A DNA stretch of 64,000 bases from the IMG/VR virus record IMGVR_UViG_3300017788_000019, positions 766-64,765 of that record. One strand, given 5' to 3'. A model generated the notes under the pieces. That model was not told the origin of the DNA, made no database searches, and worked only from the letters and a program-made list of their open reading frames with translations. The position numbers and the translations under genes are program-made. The DNA is from a virus (lineage: Duplodnaviria > Caudoviricetes). Within the stretch, counting starts at the first letter, position 1. Each line of letters opens with the position of its first letter. Of the stretch, positions 12,201 through 23,438 are shown in pieces.

Positions 12201-14710
12201 AAAGCAAAAGCGCAAAACTTGCAATGCAAGCAGGAGAGGGCTTTAGGCTAATTAATTTTAGCGGTATCTCAGACGCACAAAGAGATCCAGATGCAATAAG
12301 GTTGTGGGTTGGTTTTGTTTTACCAAACGACGCTGAAATTTATGATTTTCAATCTATTATTATATCTGGTGCAGATTTTGGAACAGAAGTAGGATCACCA
12401 TCTTATAATGGATTTAAAGTTGTTGACTTAATAATTTCTAACTCATATCAGTTTACAGAAAATCAAAGATCTGGAACAATAGCTTCTTATACAAAAGGAG
12501 TTACACAGATCAATAATGACGGAAGGATGACTGGTGGGAAATACGTGTCATTGCTTTTGCAGGGTTCTAAGTTAGGAGGAGCCTTTGGTTCTACAGCTGA
12601 AGGTTTAGCAATTGAAGGAATTCAATGTAAGTATAGGGTGAAAAGAGACATAGCAGCAGTTCCCCCAAAGGATGCAGTATATGAGGATATTCCATTTACT
12701 GACGATCCACAGTCAAGAGAGGTAACAGGAACAGTTTCTATATCGGTTCCTGTTAATGCAGTTTCATTTGCTCAACAAAATATAGTTGTTGATTCAAACC
12801 TCCTAAGAAATGCTACACTAAATTCAATATCACTTTATAAAATAGATGGCGATCAATATAGTACAGATTTATTAAATTACAATAATTTAACTGCATCTTT
12901 AAATCAAGCAGAATATAAACCTGAGTTAAATAGGATAGAAAAAGTAAATTTAACAACTATTCTTAATGGGACTATTACCCTACAGACAGCAACAGTATCT
13001 GCTGTAAAGCAAGCTGGCACCAATATTTCGTATCAGTCATCTAATATTGACCTTACAACCAGCGGAAATACAGTGTACTTAAAGAGTAACTTATCATCAT
13101 ACGATTCTTCAACAACGGTAGTAAGAAGTCAAAGTATTACTGGGTATAGCGTAAGAAATGCGGAAAGCGCTACTGTAAGACCTGGAAAAAATTCTTTTAA
13201 CTATTACGATGGGGTTACTCTTATTTGCAAGCCTGATGGTTCTCCATATGGAATAAACTTAGCTTCCGGTATAACATCTGCTAATTCAAACCTAGATGTT
13301 TATTACTCTAACATTGAATTAATGAATACATTGCCCGCTCAACAAGGGCTTCAGTATGGTTTTTACGATGCTAGAAATAAACAATTTATTGGCAAAAATA
13401 TAACGTACACAAAATATCAAGAAATCGGCCCGCAAAATTTATACATAGGCATTTATGCTTATGACTATGACGGAGATCTAAGTACACAAAGGGAATATAC
13501 TGGTTCTGCAAATGGGGATATGTATCAGCCAACGCAGGTTCCAAGTAGATCAGCCTATCCAGTATTTAGAGTTTCTTCAGTCCCTAGAAATAAAATTCAA
13601 CTAAGTAAAACCTCTTTAAAACTAGATAAAACTGAACCATGGCCACTATCTATAACTTCTGGATCATTTGTCAAAGAAATATCACTACAGCTAGATAGGC
13701 CTAAGGATTGGTTAATTAAATATAACGGTCAAAAGCTAAGAGTTAAATACGATACATCCGACATTAACTCCGTAGGGTGGTCAAAAGTATTTGGCAGAGG
13801 ATACTATGATGTTGTAGACGAGACTCCAGTTTACAACAATGCCCAGTCTATTACTGTGAGAAATGTTCCAATACATGTTGTTCATGAGAAATCGGATGAT
13901 TTATTCCGTTTTGCTTCTGACTTTAGGCCAATTATAAAAGTGTATACGAGATCTAGTATTAATGCTACCTGGCAGCAGGTACCGTGGACTGAGTTCAGAA
14001 ACGTAAATTGCAAAACGGGTTTGATAGAATTTAACTCTTCAATTATATCTTCTGACGAAAGGCTAACAAAAGTTAGCTATACAACAAAGTCTTCAGACGT
14101 TATGGTCAGAGGTTCGGGCGGAAATCCAATTCCATTGAACCCATTTTTAAACAAAGATACAGTAAAAGTAAATAAACCTCTTTACATTTATCTTAAGCCA
14201 ACAGAAATATATAAATCCGCATCAACTCCAACAGATCAAATATCTATAAGTGTTATGAGAGATGTAATAGTTGAAGATTATATACCTGGTCCAATTGTTA
14301 ATTTTACCTATAATAACAATATATTCAACAAATACGATGCTTCAGAATATGACCCCTTTGCTCTCTTGATAGGAATAGTTTATGTTATTAATACATTTTC
14401 TGATGAGAACTTTTCTTTCCAAGATCTTAGAACAAGGGGTGGCGGAATATCTGCAAGCTTTAGCACTAATAAAATACTGAACGATATTGAAGAATCTATT
14501 TCTTATTGGGACGTGTATCCAGCTCTTGGCGAAGCTTATCCTAAGGGCGGTTATGTTATTGTAAAAATTCCAAAACTTGTAAAGAAAAACTTTACAAATC
14601 CCAATGAAGTATATACAATTGTTAGAAACAATATTACAGCTGGTGTAGTGTTTGAGCTACAGGATATGGAAGGAAAGGATTGGAGCAGCAGTGTTACGAC
14701 AACTTCCTGA
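9235..14710 (+). CDS. Large virion protein with internal peptidoglycan-binding domain (1824 aa after +1 join at CGG 9322)
   Basis: ATG 9235 directly follows the previous stop and joins the 9431 ORF frame at CTT-C-GGT. PG_binding_1-like motif IQ..L......VDGVFG..T...LKAFQ..RGL..DGIVD..T near 11920-12080. Confidence 0.7.
9322..9325 (+). other. +1 frame-break site CTT-CGGT
   Basis: Codon 30 of the gene starting at 9235. Confidence 0.75.
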
Positions 14711-17312
14711 GGTCTTAGAAACTTTTTCTTCCCAGAGTAGAAGAACCGTGAGTTCTCTTTTACAAAGTGTAAAAGGTGATAAGACTCAGATATCTACTTT
14801 AGTCCAAAACTTAAACAGTTTTGACGGCTCAATAAACTATAGTCCGGCTTTGGCATTAAGTTATTCAACTATGAATGTTGAATCAGTCCTAGAATTCTTT
14901 AGAGATTCTGGATTAAGAGTGTCTCAATTCTTTTCAGCGGCGTCTTCTATATCCAATATACTAAATTCAATGATGTCTATTTTTTCATCTGAAATAAATA
15001 AGCTAGAAAAAGATATATTGTTTTTAGAAAATTTTATAGACAACTATCAATTTATAGTTGGTGAAGATGATCTTTTCAACTTCAATTATATTGAAAACTT
15101 TGATAGTAATATAAACTCATTTGCCAATGAAAGTACCAACATAGGGTTGTTTGATAGAGATGGTATTAACTTTCAAGAAAATGGAAACTATAAAATAGAT
15201 ACAGTTTTAAGTAAAATGACAATATCAAATGGAGCTAGTTTCGTAAACACAATTAGTAACATTAAAGAAATAGTTGAATATAATAATTATTCAGAATACT
15301 TAACTAATAATACCGGATTTGATCTATTGTTTAATGACAGTAAAGCTGACAACTGGTCTGTCACTGTTAAGGCTCCATATTTATTAACTTCATCTGTCCA
15401 TGAAGTTTCAAGGTACGTTACATATGATACCTCCTACATTAAGGGGGCGCAATCTTCAAATCTAATTTCCTTTGCTACACCTGTAGAAATGGACTTTATA
15501 AGAATTACACCGAATGATTCAAGCGGTTTACAGCTTTTGCAGGTTGTTTTAGAGAAAACAAATCCAACCGTATCAATGGGTACAGTTTCTGTGCAGACTG
15601 AATATATTGATTTTCCAGTTCTTCATTCGCCACTTTCTTTAAATAAACCAGTAGATATTGTATTTGAAAAGTCTAGAGTTAAAAGTATATTATTTATTTT
15701 TAATCAATCAAAATATGTAAGAACAGAAAATACTCCAATTAAACAAGAAATGAACTCAAAGGCATTAAGGAATATCGTACAGGCAAAGAAAAAAAATAAA
15801 AAGCACAAATCACAAACGCTGCAAGATATAGTTTACTTTTACTTTAAAGGTTCTTCTAATGACTTTAATTTAAAGAAAGATCCAAATAAATACTCTGATT
15901 ATTACTCAAATAAATACCCTGTTTCGCAAGAGTATAGTGACTTTGGTTTTATAGAAAAATTCTATGGTTATTCAGACAGCGAAATAAATGCTAAAATTTC
16001 AGATGTTATTGACGAAAAAAATTCAACAGCTATTGAAAACATAGTCCACAGTATCGTGCAGCACGTCGTTGATACTAGATCTAATCTATTTAACACAAAT
16101 ATATATCGTTCAACTAGGGCAAATGCAAATGACAATCTAATCTCAACTACAAGAACAGATGGTTTTATCCCAGTTAAAAACGATTATCAAAATTATTCGC
16201 TAGACTTTCAAAGGCAAGATCCACTTGCTCCAGGCCTATCAATAGACGACGTAACAAGATACCTTGAAAATAAAGAAGTATCAAATTCATATGAATATTC
16301 TTTTTCTCTAAATTCAATTCTATTTGGAGTTAATGAAAATCAAACTCAGAATAAAGCTTGTTTTATTTCTAAAAAAATAGAAATGGATGGCGCTCCTTTG
16401 GGGGTAAAAGCAATTGTTAATGTAGTAAAAGAAAGAAGAGATTTATCTTTTACTAGATATGATCTAAAAGAAGCTGGGTCTTACGAGTTGAGTGTTGCCT
16501 GGGCAGATGTTATTGATTCTGAGTCGTCTTGGACTCCATTAATGGCCGAAATAGATGGGAAAATAGATTCAGAAGTTTTATTCTTTGATAGGTTGAATAT
16601 AGCACAACTTAGATTTGTGCCTAACGCTAGCTCTATCAAAATATATAAAAATGGATACTTAGAAAATCCAAACTATTGGTCATATTCAGAACTTGGCAAT
16701 CGCATTACTTATACTATTCCAGTTGACTTAAAGGCAGCATATGTTGTAGAATATGAAGTAGACTTAATAAGTTATAAGCAGAATTTGGTAGATATAGATT
16801 CTTTATCAAATTCAAGCTTTGCAGTTAGGGCCTATACTTCAGCTGGTACACCTGGAGAAAAGTTTTCAGGAACAAGCTCTGGTAATAAGTTGTTTTTATC
16901 GCATGTTCCATATGTAGAAGATAAGTTTGCAACAGCTGTATATAACGAACTGTATGGTACTATTAACACTACAGAAAACGTTGGTTATTCTCCTGTTATT
17001 GTCACGTTAGATAACGGCGTAACTGCGGTTAACTTAACAAATTATACAAAGAATAGCTTTGAAAAAGGTTCTTTCTATAATACAGATCAGTGTTTGTTCT
17101 TTCAAAACGGCAAAGAACTTATATTTAATAAACCAATATCAAATCAAATTAGCGTTAAATATAGCTATATTCCTTCATCGTTAAGGTTTAGATTAATTAT
17201 AAGAAATAATATTCCAGGCGTATACAACGGAATAGCTATTGATAACGTAGTGTTAAAATGCAAGGTAAAAAACCTTGATCCTTTCTCAGAAAAACTTTTA
17301 AGGTTAAGTTAA
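14691..17312 (+). CDS. Putative virion structural protein
   Basis: Long ORF; probable GTG start at 14691 after GGAG; N-terminal coiled coil followed by beta-rich domains. Confidence 0.6.
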   Translation: MLRQLPEVLETFSSQSRRTVSSLLQSVKGDKTQISTLVQNLNSFDGSINYSPALALSYSTMNVESVLEFFRDSGLRVSQFFSAASSISNILNSMMSIFSSEINKLEKDILFLENFIDNYQFIVGEDDLFNFNYIENFDSNINSFANESTNIGLFDRDGINFQENGNYKIDTVLSKMTISNGASFVNTISNIKEIVEYNNYSEYLTNNTGFDLLFNDSKADNWSVTVKAPYLLTSSVHEVSRYVTYDTSYIKGAQSSNLISFATPVEMDFIRITPNDSSGLQLLQVVLEKTNPTVSMGTVSVQTEYIDFPVLHSPLSLNKPVDIVFEKSRVKSILFIFNQSKYVRTENTPIKQEMNSKALRNIVQAKKKNKKHKSQTLQDIVYFYFKGSSNDFNLKKDPNKYSDYYSNKYPVSQEYSDFGFIEKFYGYSDSEINAKISDVIDEKNSTAIENIVHSIVQHVVDTRSNLFNTNIYRSTRANANDNLISTTRTDGFIPVKNDYQNYSLDFQRQDPLAPGLSIDDVTRYLENKEVSNSYEYSFSLNSILFGVNENQTQNKACFISKKIEMDGAPLGVKAIVNVVKERRDLSFTRYDLKEAGSYELSVAWADVIDSESSWTPLMAEIDGKIDSEVLFFDRLNIAQLRFVPNASSIKIYKNGYLENPNYWSYSELGNRITYTIPVDLKAAYVVEYEVDLISYKQNLVDIDSLSNSSFAVRAYTSAGTPGEKFSGTSSGNKLFLSHVPYVEDKFATAVYNELYGTINTTENVGYSPVIVTLDNGVTAVNLTNYTKNSFEKGSFYNTDQCLFFQNGKELIFNKPISNQISVKYSYIPSSLRFRLIIRNNIPGVYNGIAIDNVVLKCKVKNLDPFSEKLLRLS

Positions 17313-17313
17313 A

Positions 17314-19560
17314 ATGACTCAGTTATCAACAAATACGGTTGTATATGACCAAATAATAGCCAAAGTTTCTAAATTTATAATTGACTATAGAGAAAATAAA
17401 TTTCCTACAAATAAAAAGTTTCTTGAGGAATATCAAAACTTAATATCATTTTTAAATCAAAGGATTTCTGGACCACTGACCGAGTTTGACCCATACATCA
17501 AAGGTGAACCTCCGGTGTCTCAAAAATTTAATCAGTTCACTGCGAGCTATTCAGATGATATCAATATTATATCCAAACAGTTAGATTACATGTCGGCTAA
17601 CATTGTTAATTCTTTTAATCTATTTAGTTCTGAAATTGAACAAGAAAATAGTTTTATGAATAGAATTAAAAGCAAGATAAAAGTTTTACAGATGTACTCA
17701 AGCGGGCCATCTAATGACTTGTATTATTTTGGAAACTCTTTTGATAGTTCTGATTATATAGACTTTTCCAAAATAAAAGACTCTACAGTAATGCCGTTGA
17801 TAGAAAATGGTCAAATGATTTTGTCTATAGGCGAAGTTAAAAACTGGGTTACTAAATATGTTTATATAGAGCCAGAATCAAACGGCTATGCTGGAAGCAA
17901 CCATGAGGCGATTAGATTAAAGGATACAGACTTAGACTATCAGTATGTATTTAAAGATACTCCAACTTTAAGAAATAAAGAAAATATAAGAGATAATAAT
18001 CCAACTACATTTTTTGAATACGAACAAATTAATATAAAGAATAAGCCATCAGGATCTAAAGATTTTGAATTTAAATATATTAATTCTTCTACTGGTGAGT
18101 CAAATGTATCTTACGATGATTGGTCTTCGTTTAAGGGGCAGAAGCTTATTTTGTCCCTAGTGATGGAATCAGAGTATGCACAGCCTGCAAATTTTGTAAA
18201 TATACTTCCTTATTTTGGAAGTGGAAACTCTACTGCTAAAGATGTAATGGTTACAAAGTTGGAGATAACAGATGAAAAAGACACAGTAGAAAATATATTA
18301 ACAGAACCAATATGGATAAGTTCTAGTTTTATTCCATCATCCTTAGACAAGGCAAAGTATTTTTTTTATAGAGAAGCAAAAATTAGATTTCAAGAACGTA
18401 ATATTAAAAAGATTAAAGTAACATTTGAGCAATCGGAATCTTCAGACGTAAAGATAAAACATCTCTATTACAAGCCAGACTCAACCACTAGAGCAGGCAA
18501 TCCTTACTACGGACAGTTAAGGTTTAATCCAGAAGATCCAACAATAGTTCAAGACTTATTATTTCCTAACATACCTTGGTCCTCAAAAGAATATAATGTC
18601 AAAGCAATAGTTCCTAGTATTAATACTCCAAACATTTTAAAGTCAGAAGTTAATAATACAAATTCAATTGATGTAAGACTTCAGAGGTCAATACCAAACT
18701 CACAGGGATATTGCGTTGAGGCTCAGGGAACCGATGGAAGAACATATAGAATTACTAGAAAATTTTTTACAGATTTTACTGAAATTACCTCAGGGTCATA
18801 TGGCCTTCCTGGATATGTATCTAGTCCAGGTTCAATCAGAGTAACAGATCTTCTTTCTACACAACCTGTCATTAGCAACTCAACCGATACACGATCTCCA
18901 TATATTTCTAGTTCAACAACTAATGAATGGGCTTCCTTTTTGGACTTAATAGTCAGTTGGTTTAACGGTTCAGACCAGGGTTCTTCAGCGAGTAAGTACC
19001 AAAAATTTGGACTTGTTCCAGGGTCGGTAAGAAGAGTGACTACAAATAGCTCTGATACAGCAAATGAAACAAGAACCTACAAGGTTAATTTAATTAGACA
19101 GTATGAGATATTAGACGCGGAAAGAAGATCTATAGGTCTTAGGGATGTGTCGGTTGGCCTTGAGTCCTATTCAGAAAATGCTCAAATTGTCTCAAAAAGA
19201 TATGATGTTCCATCGGAAATAGAGTATATAACACTGTCAGCTGAATCTTCATTTTCTGGTTCAGTGTCAGCTGACATTAATGACTATATCGAATATAGTC
19301 TATCTTTTGACGATGGAATTAATTGGGTAAAAATTTCATCAATTGAAAGTCCATTCAAAAATACTCCAGAAGTATTGGCTATTAATCAAAATATAGAAGA
19401 AAGATTTAGACTTCCTGGTGTTAGCTATCTATTCCCTCCAAAAATTCCTGCTTCTGTAAAAAATTTCTTATTAAAGATAGATATGAAAAAACCATCTTCA
19501 AAAAACATAACACCAATATTGTATTCTTATAAAGTAGGCGTAAAGGTTAAGCAGTCATGA
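17314..19560 (+). CDS. Putative virion structural protein
   Basis: 748 aa, translationally coupled; architecture similar to neighbours. Confidence 0.6.
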   Translation: MTQLSTNTVVYDQIIAKVSKFIIDYRENKFPTNKKFLEEYQNLISFLNQRISGPLTEFDPYIKGEPPVSQKFNQFTASYSDDINIISKQLDYMSANIVNSFNLFSSEIEQENSFMNRIKSKIKVLQMYSSGPSNDLYYFGNSFDSSDYIDFSKIKDSTVMPLIENGQMILSIGEVKNWVTKYVYIEPESNGYAGSNHEAIRLKDTDLDYQYVFKDTPTLRNKENIRDNNPTTFFEYEQINIKNKPSGSKDFEFKYINSSTGESNVSYDDWSSFKGQKLILSLVMESEYAQPANFVNILPYFGSGNSTAKDVMVTKLEITDEKDTVENILTEPIWISSSFIPSSLDKAKYFFYREAKIRFQERNIKKIKVTFEQSESSDVKIKHLYYKPDSTTRAGNPYYGQLRFNPEDPTIVQDLLFPNIPWSSKEYNVKAIVPSINTPNILKSEVNNTNSIDVRLQRSIPNSQGYCVEAQGTDGRTYRITRKFFTDFTEITSGSYGLPGYVSSPGSIRVTDLLSTQPVISNSTDTRSPYISSSTTNEWASFLDLIVSWFNGSDQGSSASKYQKFGLVPGSVRRVTTNSSDTANETRTYKVNLIRQYEILDAERRSIGLRDVSVGLESYSENAQIVSKRYDVPSEIEYITLSAESSFSGSVSADINDYIEYSLSFDDGINWVKISSIESPFKNTPEVLAINQNIEERFRLPGVSYLFPPKIPASVKNFLLKIDMKKPSSKNITPILYSYKVGVKVKQS

Positions 19561-21716
19561 GTATATCAGAGATACAAAAAAGAAAATTTCTAGAGAATCT
19601 TTATAGATCATTATATTCTTCTGGAGTAACTGAGTCTGACAGGGTGTCTAGACAGCCAAATGATGATGAAATAAAAAAAGAATTTGACGCATATTTTTCT
19701 GCCAATAGGATCGGCGTGCCATTAAGGGTAGATCCAACTGTGCTCAGAAACACTAGGGTTACTAACCCTGACATTATGAATGAGTTTATGGCTAGGTATA
19801 TATTTAACCTAGACGTACTGTATGATTCAATAGATGATAATACTGAAAAATTAATGGACTCAATAACTTATCTTAATAAGAAGTTAGATTTTTTAAAACA
19901 AAAAAGAATTGATTTAGAAAAAAAGATAGACTCAATTTTATTTACAATGTCAAACACTGATGGATTTTTTTACTCTTTTTCAGAAAGTTTTGCTAGTATA
20001 ACAAACATAGACCTGTCTTTAACTAATGCATTTGTTGACATAGAAAACAGGAAAGCTACTCTTCCAAAGTTTAAATCTAATGTCCTAGATTTTAATGCTC
20101 CTGGAAAAATTAATTATTCCAATGTTCAGTATAGAATAATGTTTAACGGCAATGTTGTGGTGCAAGATAAGCAAATGCCAGATGTTAATAATATGTTTGA
20201 CGGACTAAATAACACTATGTCTAGAGTTGAGTTTGATTCAGATGTGATTGGACCATGTGCGCTCATATTAAATATTCCATTAGATGTTCCTTTTGTTATT
20301 TCTAAAGTTGATGGAAGAATGTCAACTGGCTCAGCTGTAACTACAGTCGTAGAATTAATCAATCAACAGAATTCAAGCAACTCGCAATTTAGAAGAAAAC
20401 AATCTAGCTCTGATTACGACAGATTTTCTTTTGATTTTGATCCGCAGCTGTCTGGTAATCTTAGAATTACTTTAATTAAATATGAACCAGACTATATAGA
20501 TACTGCTAATCCAAAAAATAAATACAAATATTCTTTTTGCATAAGAGATTTAATAGTTAGCGGACAGTATTACGATAGCAGTGCTACATTAATAAGTTCA
20601 CCAATATCAATACCAGCAGGCGATGCAAATAAAATCATAGATGCAGTTAGCATTGAGGCAGCAAACGGTAACCCAGATGTGGGAAATATCAATTTCTTTG
20701 TAGCAGAAAATGTAGAGAATGCTACAGGAGTATCTGACTTTAATTGGATTCCAATTTCATCATCTTCTTCAAATGCACCTTCATTTGATCAAGTAGTTTC
20801 TTTCTCTAGATCTAATAAAGTATTTAAAAACATTAAGACATCCCCATCAACTGGAGAGCTAAAACTATACGATCTTTCAACGAGCAATAACCTATCTACA
20901 AAAAATCCTTCAAATTCAATTTATAATGGCATATCAGTTTATAGGGTAGCAAAATTAGAAGAACAACAGTCGCCATATAATTCATATCTTCTTGACTCGG
21001 TCAATTCTTTTAGCTTTAAATATACATCTTATTCTGATGGATTATATTTAGACACAAATAGATGGTCATCTATTATTAATAAAACTCTTGAAAATGTTCA
21101 AGTATTTGAACCTGGCAACATACCAATAACAAATGTTCCATCAATACCAATATCTTTAAACCTAACAGGAATAAGTGGATTTTTGCAGACTTCACTGCTA
21201 GTGGAAGAAGATACTGAAGCCATAAATTCTATATCAAAATCAGATACATCAGTTAACTGGGATATGGCAGTGTATCTGAATGGAACTCTCTTAGCAGATA
21301 TTCCATCCGGCGTATCTAGAAAAGAAGTTGCTTGGTCCTTTAAAAAGGGAGTGAATAATATAGTTGTCACTTTTGACTCTGCAGGAACTTCATCGGGATC
21401 AATATCTTTAATGAGTGGTGTTTCTATATCAAACTACGGAGTACCTTTTGTTAAATACTACTCATACGTAGATCCATTTGACTTTAGAATCAATAGAAAT
21501 GAAAGTGATTTAGTTTTTACTGTAGATAATTATCTTGGTAACAATGAAATATTTTGTCGATCAAAAATAAGTAATAATTCAAGAATTGTCTTTCAAAATA
21601 ATTCAATAAATCCTGTAAAATCTATACGTTTTAGAGCTGATTTTTCAAGATTTTCTAATCCCTTTGGAACTCCATCTTTAAATTCTTATAGAATTAAATT
21701 TAAAAATAGCAATTAG
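19557..21716 (+). CDS. Putative virion structural protein
   Basis: 719 aa, ATGA overlap; coiled coil plus beta domains, C-terminal TPSLNSYRIKF. Confidence 0.6.
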   Translation: MSISEIQKRKFLENLYRSLYSSGVTESDRVSRQPNDDEIKKEFDAYFSANRIGVPLRVDPTVLRNTRVTNPDIMNEFMARYIFNLDVLYDSIDDNTEKLMDSITYLNKKLDFLKQKRIDLEKKIDSILFTMSNTDGFFYSFSESFASITNIDLSLTNAFVDIENRKATLPKFKSNVLDFNAPGKINYSNVQYRIMFNGNVVVQDKQMPDVNNMFDGLNNTMSRVEFDSDVIGPCALILNIPLDVPFVISKVDGRMSTGSAVTTVVELINQQNSSNSQFRRKQSSSDYDRFSFDFDPQLSGNLRITLIKYEPDYIDTANPKNKYKYSFCIRDLIVSGQYYDSSATLISSPISIPAGDANKIIDAVSIEAANGNPDVGNINFFVAENVENATGVSDFNWIPISSSSSNAPSFDQVVSFSRSNKVFKNIKTSPSTGELKLYDLSTSNNLSTKNPSNSIYNGISVYRVAKLEEQQSPYNSYLLDSVNSFSFKYTSYSDGLYLDTNRWSSIINKTLENVQVFEPGNIPITNVPSIPISLNLTGISGFLQTSLLVEEDTEAINSISKSDTSVNWDMAVYLNGTLLADIPSGVSRKEVAWSFKKGVNNIVVTFDSAGTSSGSISLMSGVSISNYGVPFVKYYSYVDPFDFRINRNESDLVFTVDNYLGNNEIFCRSKISNNSRIVFQNNSINPVKSIRFRADFSRFSNPFGTPSLNSYRIKFKNSN

Positions 21717-21724
21717 GATTAACT

Positions 21725-22126
21725 ATGGCAAAAACTTATACAGAAATTAAAAGAATAATTCAACCTTTATACCAAAGGTATAGAAATGTTTTCAGGGGTC
21801 CAAGAAATTCCGAAATGGAAAACATGGAAATGAATAAAATTCTTATAGATATGCATAGGCTAGACGAATATATTTTAAATGTAGATGATAGAATATATGA
21901 TGAACAGAGAATACTTGTAGGTCATGTTGATCCAGAAAAACCACAAATACATGAAGAATATTACGATGGAAAGTACTATATATTTAGCGATGTCCAATTT
22001 GAGTACTATGGCGACTCTGCTACTCCAGACTATTTGCAAATAGACACATTAGATACCGCAGCATCTAAGTTGACTAGGCTGTCTAAAAAAATTAAAATCC
22101 TAGAAAAAAGAAGGCTAAACGGATAA
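21725..22126 (+). CDS. Hypothetical coiled-coil virion-module protein
   Basis: 133-aa ORF with an AGGA RBS. Confidence 0.55.
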   Translation: MAKTYTEIKRIIQPLYQRYRNVFRGPRNSEMENMEMNKILIDMHRLDEYILNVDDRIYDEQRILVGHVDPEKPQIHEEYYDGKYYIFSDVQFEYYGDSATPDYLQIDTLDTAASKLTRLSKKIKILEKRRLNG

Positions 22127-22127
22127 A

Positions 22128-23381
22128 ATGTCTGAATTTATATATACACAAAAAAGAACTAAACAGTATAACGGCCCAGTTGACAGCGCTGACTGCAATG
22201 CAAGAATAGAAGAAAATTATAAAGATCTAGTTTATTTATATAATAAATATAACGTAACAGACCAGAAACTGTCTGAAGCATTTCAAAGGGTTTTAAAAGA
22301 TCACATATTTTTAAATCAATATATTAAAGATATGGACGATAGAATTGCTGCACTAGAGGCTGCAGAGAATTTAATATCAATTCATAGCTACTCTCAGATT
22401 GATAACATAGCCATACCAAATGGCGAAGATGACATTCAGGCTGACGAGGTTCTCTCCTATGATCCAATTTACAACGTTATTACTCTGCCTAAAATAGATG
22501 GAGCTTCACATTCTAAATTAAAGTTCTTTACTGGCGTAGAGGGTCAGATTATTCCAGATTTTTTTGAGACTAAAATATCAAACACTCTTCCAGGTGTAGA
22601 CACACAGGGTGCCATACTTGATAGCACAAATGTATACAATGCCATTTTAGATAGATCTGATAAATACTGGAAGAGAAGTATTATCACCGATACAACATCG
22701 CCATTCGGTGCTCAAACTTATTTGTACATAAAAATACCAGCAGAATATACTGGCTCAAAAAAGACAAACTTTATTAAATTAAACCCATTTCCTTTATTTG
22801 GGGTTGACATTCTATCTGTTGAATACACGACTAACGTTAACCCAACAATGACCCAAGAGGATGGATGGTACCCTCTAAATAGAGATAGATTATACGATGG
22901 AAACTCTGAGGCTGTTGGTAAAGTTCCACCCGGTGCATGGACAACAGTGGGTTCTGATTATGTATTAAACTCTGGTCCACTTGCATTCTATTTCCCAGAA
23001 TTAGAAATTACTGCAATAAGACTGGTCATGAGACAAAAGAACTATCTTATTGAGAACAATAAGAAAATTTACACCTATGGCTTAAGCGATCTTGATATAA
23101 GATATGATAAGTTCTTGCCATCTGGAAGAATAATTCTTAAATTTGATGCCCCAGAAGGAGAATTAATAAGCTCAATCACAAGCGTAACTCCTAAGATTTA
23201 CAATGTGTCTCCAGCTTTATTGTCTCAAGTATTTAGCCATAGGGTCATCTACCAAGATGGATCCATTTATACCCTAGAAAACCCTGGATCTTCTAACACT
23301 GTTTGGATAGAAGTTACCTTAACTGGACTGGCAGATGGCACTGCACCTGTACTGTCTGATTTAATCGTAAATTATAACTAA
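22128..23381 (+). CDS. Putative virion structural protein
   Basis: 417 aa; similar N-terminal helix and C-terminal APVLSDLIV strand to the upstream genes. Confidence 0.6.
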   Translation: MSEFIYTQKRTKQYNGPVDSADCNARIEENYKDLVYLYNKYNVTDQKLSEAFQRVLKDHIFLNQYIKDMDDRIAALEAAENLISIHSYSQIDNIAIPNGEDDIQADEVLSYDPIYNVITLPKIDGASHSKLKFFTGVEGQIIPDFFETKISNTLPGVDTQGAILDSTNVYNAILDRSDKYWKRSIITDTTSPFGAQTYLYIKIPAEYTGSKKTNFIKLNPFPLFGVDILSVEYTTNVNPTMTQEDGWYPLNRDRLYDGNSEAVGKVPPGAWTTVGSDYVLNSGPLAFYFPELEITAIRLVMRQKNYLIENNKKIYTYGLSDLDIRYDKFLPSGRIILKFDAPEGELISSITSVTPKIYNVSPALLSQVFSHRVIYQDGSIYTLENPGSSNTVWIEVTLTGLADGTAPVLSDLIVNYN

Positions 23382-23398
23382 ACATAGCACTATTCATA

Positions 23399-23407
23399 AT
23401 TACTATA
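23399..23407 (+). promoter_or_regulatory. ATTACTATA motif, putative phage late promoter
   Basis: Exact 9-mer recurring upstream of genes at 23399, 47400, 48167, 52258, 53073 and 56811. Confidence 0.65.
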
Positions 23408-23438
23408 TAAGCTTAAGAGCTTATCCAAGGAGACTATA

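Noticed and set aside
14652-14710. Possible additional frameshift at the overlap of the 9235 and 14652 ORFs
   Set aside because: Explained by a normal short overlap with a GTG start at 14691 after GGAG; no CGG present and no fusion needed.
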